A stretch of 60,482 bases of DNA, the filler included, from Sphacelaria rigidula (lineage: Eukaryota): assembly GCA_964200075.2 (NCBI GenBank). It is 7 parts of 7 records of this genome, joined end to end, with 100 filler letters (N's around TTAATTAATTAA, not from the genome) between each part and the next. Parts side by side here need not be neighbours in the genome. Positions count along the whole stretch, not along the records: positions 43,275 to 51,828 come from CAXNAA020010796.1; positions 51,929 to 60,482 come from CAXNAA020010797.1; 5 more parts are not named here. One strand, 5' to 3'. The translations under genes were made by a program, and so were the position numbers. Below the pieces are notes generated by a model. The model was not told the DNA's origin. It saw only the letters and a list, made by a program, of their open reading frames with translations, and did not search any database. Positions 49,877 to 60,482 of the stretch are shown here, piece after piece. Positions within the stretch are counted from its first letter, which is position 1. Every line of letters starts with the position of its first letter.

Positions 49877-50021
49877 CACACCCTGGATAATGACAACATA
49901 TTTTATTGTCAAAATTGTATAGCGGAAAGTATCGAGTATTGCATCTATTGCAATATACAACAGATTCCATACTGTGCGCGGAATTTTTTTACAGTGGGAT
50001 CTGTTGTCCAGGCAGGGTGTG
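49877..50021. mobile_element. ~140-bp MITE (also 54427-54570 and 56252-56389)
   Basis: TIR CACACCCTGGA...TCCAGGGTGTG with shared internal sequence in three copies. Confidence 0.78.
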
Positions 50022-50131
50022 TTAATTTGTCAAAAAGAAGGCTAATTCTGTGGTTGCCTATTGTGTGGCGCGAGGAGATAAATAGATATGGCACACACAG
50101 CACTGTGTGCGACCTGGTCTATTAGACCGTA

Positions 50132-50967
50132 TTGTATGGCAGTCAAAAACGCATCTGTACGCAGATAGGGGGACCTCAGATCCAAAAACGCAATGTATGG
50201 ACCCCAATTTGGCCCAAATCGGGGAAGCTCAGATTCGTTTGTCACAATTTGAGAGCGGTTCTACACGAATCTAAGCGCAGATCCGTAGAAAATCGAAGTC
50301 CTCCGAATCTGTAGGAAGTGGCGTACGTTTGTTGACGTACGGTGATGAAGCAACATACGTATGATATTTTTGCAACAACAGCAGCAGACATAATCGTGAC
50401 AGCACAAACCGTGCCTGCAAGCGCGGGCTGCTGGAGCAGCTCCGCACGGGGTTTGATAAGTGGATATGAAGTGTTGACGCCGTAACCTGCGACGATGGAA
50501 ATATTTTATACTGCACTGTACTGCTGCATGTATCATCACAGCGAACGGTACTGTACTGTATCCTACACTCTGATGTCGCTGTACTTGCAGGGTGATGAAT
50601 GACACTGCACTCGTGAACTCTTGTCGCACACTGTGCACTGTTTCCGCAACACCGACTGTACCATCATGTATTACCACACGGCATTATTGTGTACTGTGAT
50701 TGTGCAGTGTACTGCGCTGCATCATACCCTAGAGTACCACGGTACGACGCTGCTCTTGAAGGATGATTCTCTACAATACCTTACTGTTCTTCGGCTTCAC
50801 TGTGATACCACACCCGCCCAGAAAATGATCGGTCGTGTTCAGATCAATTTCAACAAAACTGTGAAGCCATACAGGGATACACACGCATCTGAAATTCGCG
50901 AATCTGAGTCCCCCCGATTTGACCCCAAATTGGGGTCCCGCCGGATTCGGGATTGGCTGCCATACAA
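50132..50967. mobile_element. ~835-bp non-autonomous TIR element
   Basis: TTGTATGGCAGTCAA vs TTGGCTGCCATACAA; subterminal GGACCCCAATTTGG.CCAAATCGGGGAAGCTCAGATTCG vs CGAATCTGAGTCCCCCCGATTTGACCCCAAATTGGGGTCC. Confidence 0.7.
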
Positions 50968-50980
50968 GTCAGTCTCGGAT

Positions 50981-51110
50981 ATTGATTGATTGATTGATTG
51001 ATTGATGGATTGTCGCACTTTAACTGACCCCCCAGGGGTCCATCCGTGGTCGCATGATAAAAGACGTACCCAAGGAAAGCAAAACTGAAACACTCGCTGA
51101 AGAAAAGAAG
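50981..51110 (-). repeat. (CAAT)n-tailed retroposon-like 3' end (also 60062-60196 on +, partial 56160-56240 on -)
   Basis: Shared ...GG.ACGTC...CATG.GACCACGG.TGGA.CCC...GGGGTCA.GTTAA.GTGC.ACAAT followed by (CAAT)n. Confidence 0.68.
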
Positions 51111-52422
51111 GAACAGAAAAAAGTCGAACAGAACGACATACTTCGTCTGTCTCATGAGGCTGGACACTTGTGGTTGTACAAGCCCTTCACGATGTGATAT
51201 TTGATTTTCGATCTTTTTATTGCATTCGTCGGCGTTCTGTCAGCTAAAACAAACATGTTTTCTACAACGTGGGTGCTTGACCCATGCAGCCGCGCGGCCG
51301 AAAAAAATAGGTAGGTCGGTCCAATTGAGACGGCCATTTTTCGCTCGTTTCCCGGGAAAGCATGAGGGACCCGGGAACACGAAAAATTGCGGAAAATGGA
51401 CCAGAAAATGTGAAAATCGTGAGACCATCGTTGATTTCGGATATGTCCGTGATATTACCCTACGCACGCCCCATCGAACATTTTGTTGGCATGTAATAAT
51501 TGCTATCGCTCGACGTGGAAACGTCCAAAATCGGTCAATGATGGGGTATAAAGGAATCAAAAAGGGTTTAAATGGGGTATATTTCGGCGTAATTTTAGTG
51601 ATGAAAACAAGTTTCTTTTCTTCATCAGCTTCGTGTGCGCTTCACCTCTCTAACCAACCCAACCATGGGATGATCATCAACGTTGAAATACCCAAACGAT
51701 TAAACGCCCATAAGTGCCCAGACTCACGAGACTGAGGGAGTAGTAGACTAAACGTTAGGGTTGGGTCCTGGACCAGTGTCTACTGCCAGTATTCCTGTAC
51801 TGGCAGTACTACTTGTACTGGCTGAGAGNNNNNNNNNNNNNNNNNNNNNNNNNNNNNNNNNNNNNNNNNNNNTTAATTAATTAANNNNNNNNNNNNNNNN
51901 NNNNNNNNNNNNNNNNNNNNNNNNNNNNGACAGCCTACAATGAGTTGCTTTATTTTCTGGTATCGCCACTTCCAGAGACAGCCACGGCTTTTACACTGCC
52001 TCATGGGTGTCTAACCATGATTTGGGGGGGAGGGGAGTAGGCGTATTCATTCGTTGCTTGCTTAAGTCATTTGACCATTGACACCGCATCCCTTTCGAGA
52101 CGAGGTAGAGAGGCTAATGAAGTCGCAGAAAATCACTTGTACGATGAATGAAACTCCTTTTTTTTTAAGGCCCATAATGGCTCGCTGTACGGGTTGAAGT
52201 TGTTCCCTTCCTTGTGTCATCATCCATCCATCAGATATTGATTTTTCATACATGTCTATGGTGGCTGTTCAGGTGGTGTTTGGTGTTACAATACCGTGCA
52301 GTCATAATCCATGGAGGGGACTTTAGGTTCCTGAGCACACCCTGGTTTTTTCATTCATCAGTAACGTTACTTTATTTGGGCACACCTTCTACTGCGATTG
52401 GTAATTGGTTGAACAAATGCAG

Positions 52423-55400
52423 GCGTCGGAGCTCTTCGGGTCGCGGGCTTGAGGCCTGGTTTGTTTCGCCAAATCCCAACGTCGATGGGTCTTCCGGTGA
52501 AGAAGATGATGATGGTCAAGGGCCGGCTCGCCATGGTGGAGAGAGGAGTGGGTCCGACCTGGAAGAACGGGAGGAGCTGGGAGATGACGGATTGGTGAGG
52601 AAATGAGGGGGCTAATTTCGTTGCTGTTGATGAGGGAGAGGCAGGCAAGGACGAGGAGGGGAAGAGACGGGAGGCGAGGGGGGATATTTTGTTTGTTTGC
52701 TTCTGAAAAGTGTTGCCTTGTTATAGCTTGTCCGCACGTCCGTCCGTCTGCTTTTTTTTTTTGTGCAGATGTCGCACCAATGCTATCGAATGACGGTACC
52801 TCTTGTTTGTTTTTCTTTTTTCATCTTGATTTTTTACGCTCGTTTTTCGTGATTTTTCTTGTTTTTTGTACTGCATGTTTACCACAACTTGGATAATGCA
52901 CTCCTTGTCAATGGGTTGTCCAGGGTGTGAGATGTACATGAGACATGATACTTGTGGTACGATGTTTTGTGCTGAGTTATAAGCTTGTACAATAATAAGA
53001 GGAGCACTGTTGTGTTAGATTATTGTTTGAGTCCCCGGCGCGTGTTACATTTTTTTTTTTTGAAGATGCGATCCGTGGTAAGTTAGTACAGTATGGTTTG
53101 TGTTGGGTATTGCGATTTGTTTGTCAGCGGAGAATAACGATGTTGCTTGCGTTGATCATATTTCTTGCGTTGATTGCGTTTGTGAACCCTTTTGCTGTGC
53201 ATGTGTATATGTGTCTGTTTGTTTGTATTCTTGCGCTTGGAGTACCGTAAGTTGCTCTGTGATCGCACAGGGGTACGTTCTCACGACTCCTGTGCGAACA
53301 CCGCGCCCCCTGTGCGAGAATCGAAGTAAACAATTTGGTACTGCTTTTTCATCGCACACCCCTGTGCCATCTCAACGACACGTGCGATATTGCGTAAATA
53401 ATTTTGATGACACCAGGGTCTTTGAACGCACACCCTGTGCGATAACCCCGCCATGTGCGATACTGTGCAAATCTTCGCCGGTGTGAAGGAACAATCTGCA
53501 ACAGTACTGCCGTAGGAACAAGGTCTGAAGATACCTGACACATCGCAAGTACACACGGGCACACAGCCACAGCACGACAGCATCAAGCACACCGCACGAG
53601 CCTACGGTAGTTGTTGTGGTACAGGTATACCGTTGCACGAAATGTCGAAGAGAGAGACGAGGCTCATTGCAAGAAATATCGTTCGGTGCCAGTACGCGTT
53701 TGCTTTCGGGCTTCGTTCTTTCCGTCGGTGTTGGCGTTTAATGAAAGATTTCGGCTTTGGTGGTTTCATCCAAGGTGCACGACAAGAACTGGATTAAAAT
53801 AAGTTGAAAAAGAAAACCACTCCGTATGTTTCTTGTGTCTGCACTGCCACACCGCAGTGCGTAGTCCAGACAAGCCCTATGACGACCAGTGGAATAAATA
53901 CAAGAATCGTGGCAACTCAGGCTGTTCACCCCAAAGATCCATTCGCGCGCTCGCGTCCTCACTTGAGATCGCACCCCTGTGCGAAAAACCAATTAAATCA
54001 TCTCAAGCCGTGTTTTTGATCGCACAGGGGGGGCGTTCTCACGACCCCTGTGCGAAATTCACGCCCTGTGCGATCACAGAGCAACTTACGGTATGCTCTA
54101 TATGTTTCTTATTCGAAATGGTCCTCTTGAAGAAAAAATGTTTGGTTATGATTCGTAATCATCCGAAATACGTCTGCTGCGCGCGTTCTTCCTACACCAT
54201 GTTTTTTTCTTGAGCATTGGAATATGTTGAAAAAAAAATAATTCAAAAGAAAAAAATGCCTTTTTTTCACCAATGTCTTGCACCTGGTGAGAGCACAGCT
54301 AGCATAATGTCAATCAATCTGCAACGTGTTGCGACCAGGAAATATCGACGACCCCGTAAAACGGGTATTTACGTGACCGCAATAATCTGCCGAAGACTCA
54401 TCACGTTTTCACAACTGTCACTTACGCACACCCTGGAAAGTAGATTACACTGTCAAGACGTGTCCTGCGTACATTATGAAGTCCATTGTTTTTTGTAATA
54501 CACGCTATAGTCGATACTGAACGCAGTACAATTTTTGACGGTGTAATATTTTGTCATTATCCAGGGTGTGGATATTGTCAACACTCGGCGAAGAAGTTGA
54601 TCGGTCGTTGGATTGATTTGTCACGCGCTTGAAGTAGAGCTAAAGGAAGTATTTGCGTTCATATTTCGCTCGTCGTGCATCGTACACGGGCAGGGAGAGC
54701 GTCCAGAAGAACCACGTCTGCAAAACACCAATAGCTGGGGAGAGGTGCCAAACTCGAGCGACGAGGACCACCAGGCCGGGATCGCCGCCAGAAGGCCACG
54801 ACGAGTGAGTCGCACGGAGGACGGCGGCGGGGGGGCCGATAGCGATGGCGATGACGTGGCCTACCTGATGGAGCACAACGCTTGGCTTCTTGAGCAGCTC
54901 GAGGCAAAGGACGGTTCGTGCTCTAGGGTGGTTGGTAGTAGGAAGAAGGGAGTGAGAGAGGGGAGGGCGTCCTCATTTGTTGCTTTCCTTAGGCGTTTGA
55001 ACATTGACAAGGAATCCCTCGCGAGACGGAGCACTGGGGAGGAAGGGGGGGGTGCGAACGAATGATGAATCTTTAAGGTTGTGTTTTGGAGGGTGTTCCA
55101 GCTGAAATTTCGGTATTTACGTGCAAGTATGGAACAGGTTTTTTACCGGTAAATAGCCATCCAAACCATACCGGATTGATCGGAACAGGGGTTGATACCC
55201 TGCCGGGCCTTGGTGGAATGCTCGGCACACATTTCGGTATGGTTTAGGATGTTACCAAGAACCCCCCATTTCAGAGTATATATACATATATATATCCTAC
55301 AGAGCACAACCTTGGAAATATGGATTATTGCTATCGTGATTTAATTTTGCATTTTACTTCATTTTGTTTGAGAAACCAGAAAATCGTGCAGAGAAGGAAA

Positions 55401-58400
55401 AAAAAACACAAACAGTTACTTACTTTTTTGAAGCGGCGGACTCGCAGGTGTGTGCATGAAAAACAAAACAAAACGCAGCAATGCACGACAGAAAGCGTGT
55501 TCGGGTCATTGGAAAAAGAGCGCGAGAGCTGTCCAGCCACAATACGTTGGCAGGCAAACTTTGCCGTCTCCTTTGATGAAGAGCTCGAAACAAGAGGGAA
55601 TCCTGTGGATGTTACTTCAGCTTAGTGTGACTATCAATATTCGAATCTCCTGTGGGGTCGACAGTCCCAAGTGCTTCTCAACACTACGACATCGCGGGAT
55701 CATTATCCAGACCTTAGGAGAGCACAAACCCCAGCCACGGCCTTCATGGCTTTTGCGTGTCGAACGATGATCGATACAGGGTAGTGCGTGTTGTGGTTAC
55801 CTTTTTTTTTTTTTGGAGGAAGTATTAGTTGATGGAGTATGGCACAAAACAGCGCTATCAAATTTAAAGGGGAAGGGGGAAGGGGGAAGGGGGGGTGCAC
55901 TTTTCGATCAGCATTTTTGCATGAAAAAATAATGGCATTGGATTTTTTTGGTTTGATGGAAAAGTTCCTGGTTACATTTTTTTTTTTCCCCGCGAAATGA
56001 AAGCGCCAGGAAGCACTTTTCCTCTCTTTTTATCTTTTCATCTCCTGTTCCCATGATAAGTGGTATTTTCACTGTTTGACGGCTAGGGTGGGTCAGCCAG
56101 CTGTTTGATCTAGTGTCTTGACTCATCGGTTTATCGATTTATCGCAACTATGCTGATGCCTCAGGAATCCAGCCGTGGTCATTATCCACATGGTGGACGT
56201 ACCCGAGATGAAAGCAAAACGGAAACACTGGCCGAAGGAAAGTGAAGAAAACACACCCTGGACAAAATATTCTATTGTTGAAAAAATGTAGTGCGTACAG
56301 TATGGAATCCATTGTCTGCTTCAATAGGCGCAATAGTCGATACTGTACGCAGTACACTTTTTGACTGCGTTTTTTATTGTCCAGGGTATTGAAGCAAACA
56401 GCAAGGTGGAATAGACATAGAAGACACTAAAAAGAAGAAGCCCTCCCCACCCCCTCCCTAGGTAGCAATGGAGATTGGAGAGTAGAACCCATATGGTGGG
56501 GGATCGTAGGCTACACAAGGAGGAAAGGGATGTGTTTGCGGGGTGGGTGGGTGGGTGTGGGGAGTAAACGAATGTAGCATGGAATCGTTCGGTATAGTAA
56601 GACAGTACCGAGAAAACAATCGCTATGCTAGGAGATAGACGGTGGCCACAGATGGCGAAACAGGAAGGGGATGTGTGAGGGTTACTGTGTCATTAATGCA
56701 TGGGAAAAACGTGAGGAGCGCCCAATTGTTGGAGGTGTCTTCTTTAGGAGTAAGAACGGTGCTCCGTCTCGAAAGGGATGCAACAAGGTTTTCGTGAGAT
56801 TGAGGGTTGGGTGTGGGTTGAGAGTGGCTTTGATCATTCGCTTTAACTTGGCCAACTTTTCATTGCGTGTGTGCTTCTCGTCGTCTCATCACTGCCATGT
56901 GCTTACAGCCACACGTTGATTTCCTACTCAGGGGTTTCGAGGGCCTCAGTGGCGAGCTGCTACAGAGAGAATATTGGGCCTGGTAGAGGTGCATTTCGGA
57001 AATGAAACGGCTTATTCACTAATTGACCGCTTTTCACTCTCAGTCATACCTTCAACTCTCAATTTCACGAAAACGTTGTTATGCCTGATCTATAGTCGAA
57101 TGACTTGAGGTAATCAACAAATGAGTACGCCCCCCCCCCCCTCTCCCCTCGTAGAAACGTCCGGCCTTTGCAGCATGGGTTCAGATGGAAAAGGTCTTTT
57201 GCACAACAACACATGCATGCATACCCAATTGTGAAAACAAGGAGCCGTGGGGATGAAGTGCAGCTCATCCATTTCGGCCACAATGGCCGCTATTGGATCG
57301 GCATAATTTTCACTCAACAATGTATGGAAGGAAAAGACAGACGACCCGACCTCACCCATGCGGTCAATTTCGATGTTGCTGCTTGTCTTGCTCTTCTTGC
57401 TCTTCTTGCTTGTTGGCGTATATGTAGGGGAAGGCGTGCACATGTGTTGGTCTTGGGCGCTCACTCGCCGTAGAGTCAAATCAACGACTCAAAATCGCGC
57501 AGTCGCCGTGTGCAACGAACATGTGGCGTTGAAAAATTGTGTCTCGCGTGTCTTTTATTGGCGGGAGTGGGCGAGGACGAAGGCTGTTTTTTTTCTTCTT
57601 TGATTTCGTGTTACTATCCGCCTTTTTTCCCCTTTTTTTTCTCCTGCGTACGTATTTATCGTGTTTTTTTTATTCTTGTTTTGTGCGTGTTCAGGTCATG
57701 CCGCGTACTGTAGTCTAAAGCTTGGGAGACGCTACGATCCTGGTTGCTGTTGTACAAGAAATATGAAGCGTAATCGTTGACTTATCGACGTTCTCTTTTT
57801 CTTCTCTTCTTCCGTTTTGGATGCTCGGGAGACGATTTTTTGTGTAGATATATATCTTTCACGTTTTGTGTCCATAATTTTGTCTTGTTGATATTATTCT
57901 CATTGTTCTCCCCTGGTCCATAATGCCCCAAACAACCGAGAACGCATCATGAAAAAAAAAAATGGCAACCCATCCACATCCCAACAATCAATCTATTACC
58001 TTACCAAGAAAGTAATTATGACTGGTCACCGACGAAGCTGTTATTTTTTTTCACCCGACTTGCACTGCTGTCATCGGATGTATTTATTTTTATTTTATAG
58101 TGAGTACCAGTATGTTATTCACCTTGTAATGATGACAATTTGGTTGATTCGTGTGTTGTCCGTACATCGACTTGCATGCTGCACATTTCTCTCTCGACTA
58201 TCCGTTCGTTGAATTCATGTGCTCGCCCCTCCCCCCCCCCCTCCCTCCCTCCCCCTTCCGCGCGCGCGCCCCCTCCCTCGCCCACTGAGTATATTGAAAC
58301 ATTGCAGAGCTCATCGAGGCGCTCCGAGCACAGGTGGAGGAGCTCGAACTCGGCGGAGGCGTCGGCGGCCGCAGACGCTCGTCCATTCCCGGAGTCCTTT

Positions 58401-58591
58401 CGTTCGGGGCGGGAGGGTGCAGGGAGAGAGGAGAGGGAGGGGGGGAAATCGGGGTGCTCGGGCGAGGCCTGGGGTTAGGGCTAGAGCTGGATTGCTCAGA
58501 CGACGACAGCGATGACGACGAGGACGAGGACGACGAAGATGTTGATATCCGTCGACGATCTGGACGCAGGTCCTTCGGTCGCGCCGGCGAG
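52423..58591 (+). CDS. Three internal exons of an unidentified acidic, coiled-coil protein gene (52423-52594, 54694-54913, 58308-58591)
   Basis: CAG|..|GT junctions, phases 0 and 1 join in frame: ...EELGDDGL|GERPEEPRLQ...VAYLMEHNAWLLEQLEAKD|ELIEALRAQVEELELGGG...DDDEDEDDEDVD...GRAGE. Confidence 0.75.
53245..54091. mobile_element. 847-bp non-autonomous Tc1/mariner/pogo-type element
   Basis: TA|CCGTAAGTTGCTCTGTGATCGCACAGGG...CCCTGTGCGATCACAGAGCAACTTACGG|TA perfect 28-bp TIR, TA target duplication, many subterminal CCCTGTGCGA motifs. Confidence 0.92.
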
Positions 58592-60482
58592 GTGCGGGCC
58601 ATTTAAATGTTTTGCTGCCAAGGCTTTGCCGCGTGAATGGGGTCAAAAGTTGCTGTGTGGCTATTACAGCTGGCTGAGCAATACAAACCGATAGAATGGT
58701 AAGGTAGCGAGTGGGCCGGCTTTATGATACGATGCGATTGGGCAATGTCTAGGGAGGAGACAAATGTGACTTTCCACATGGCAAATCGTTAGCTTCTCCC
58801 TTTCATTTTTTTTTTTGCAGCTAGCTCCCTAGCCCCTTCATATGGTGATCAAAGAGTCGTGACAGTATTGTACACAATTATCGGTACAGAGGAGAAGAAA
58901 ATATGTTCTGGCGAAGCTTTGAGTACATCATGATGCATGCATCGGCAACTCAGTCTCCACCCACACGGCCCTGTACGCTATGATCGTTCCACTTCACGGT
59001 AGTGCAATGGCATGTACAGTAGCTAACACGGAGGTATCGGCGGCTAAGGCCTGGAGGTACCTTGGAGGAGATGTAGTTGTTGTTCAAATAGTGCGATACC
59101 CTCCCCCCCCCAATTTTCCGGTTGTGGGACGTTTGAGACCTCCTGTCGGTACGTATCATTATAAGGCGCTTTCACTCATACCTGTTACGTCCAGTGTAGC
59201 TTACATCTATGGCCATAATGGCATGAAAAAATTGGCTTTAGCTCAACGTTGGTGCAGACTGCGAAGGTGTGGTGCTGATAAATGGATGACAACGCACGTT
59301 ATCTGATTTCATAAGCACGACGAGACCAAAAGGGTGCATAACAACTGCCGTGATTCGCTGTACAGGAGTGCTAAGACTGACCAGCAGGACGCCGTTGTGT
59401 CAAGTCGCATCGACTGCTGATGTGTGCGCTCTGTTTGCCGTGCGAACCTAAAATAGCGACAAAAAGCTCACAGCACACACAGCAAAGCACGCAGCAGAGC
59501 TGTAGGTCGATCCTACTATGAACCCGACACAATTTGTCGACGTAAGCTAGACGGAACTGTACGTTGTTGTTAATGTCGAACCAATCATATGCCAAGGGCT
59601 TCGAGTTTCGGAAGAGCTGCCTCATACCTCATGCTCCGTACCCGGGTACTGTACTAAAAACCTTTCTCTTGACAACCGCCGGGCCCGATTTTGGTTCCCC
59701 AGTCCGGAGCGGGTTCGATCCGAAATCTAGGAATTCCCCCTGAAACAAGAGTGCAAAGTGAACAGGATCTCTTTTCGAAAGTTGCCCCCAAATCGTCCCG
59801 GCAGTTGCTTCGGTCGTCCCTAGAGGCCCGGGCGTGCAGGAATTTTTTTGGTTACAGTTGCGGCGTGCACTAGTGACTGTATATGTCGTCTGTCGTAGGT
59901 AGAAGAACGACATGGAAGACCCTGGTCTGATAACATGAATATTCTGTGCTTCAAAGGCAGAGGTCGGCCATTTATATTTCTCGTATTTTTTTTCTTCTTC
60001 GTCTACTTTGTGGCTCTGTTCCACGTTATCGTCTTTTCTTTTTTTTTTTCTCAAGCGAAATAGTCGTTTTTCTGTTCTGTTTTTTATATCTCGGGCACGT
60101 CCATCATGTGACCACGGCTGGATCCCTGTGAGGGGTCAAGTTAATGTGCTACAATGAACCAATCAATCAATAAAATAAAATAAAATAAAATAAAAAGCTG
60201 TCGAAGCAAGCGTTCCCCCGCGCCCCGCGCCCCGCGCCCCGGGTGTTGGGGACTAGGGAGGATATCAGAAAAAAAAACAGTGCGTGATTTCGTTTTCACT
60301 TATTCTCGATGAACCGCCTTGTATCGCTGTGTATTAGGCCATCAAATGAAAAGTGTACCAGTGTGACGGTCTCCCGCTCTTTTTTTTTTTTCATTTGTAG
60401 TGCCTCTTCGGTTTTTTCATGAAATCTCCTCCCTCCCCTTTATTCATCTTCTTTTTATCTAAGAATCAAAGTAGGAGGATCG

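Overview
The window is seven unrelated contigs of 8,554-8,555 bp joined by artificial 100-bp spacers (N-run + TTAATTAATTAA + N-run), so nothing can be linked across a spacer. The DNA is intron-rich eukaryotic nuclear sequence; gene style and repeats suggest a stramenopile, probably a brown alga (inference). Four partial spliced host genes can be reconstructed: a transmembrane plus C-terminal RING-HC protein (contig 1), a polyQ/Glu-Ala, SAM, RING-HC protein with an in-frame TAG before the RING (contig 4), and two unknown proteins (contigs 6 and 7). The rest is dense transposon debris: a chromodomain-bearing Ty3/Gypsy element with two LTRs, a Copia remnant, tRNA-derived SINEs, and many MITE, foldback and interspersed repeat families. 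Two candidates stand out. (1) A ~5-kb inverted-repeat-bounded element at 17311-22290 holds two convergent, decayed DDE-type genes from apparently different superfamilies (Academ/DUF6589-like and hAT-like). (2) A ~72-nt repeat occurs about ten times, almost always fused to a G-tract. It keeps a GNRA-tetraloop hairpin across sequence variants, shows 5' truncations and one 18-bp target-site duplication, and looks like a structured RNA retroposed into poly-G. All protein family calls come from motifs read by eye; no database search was run.
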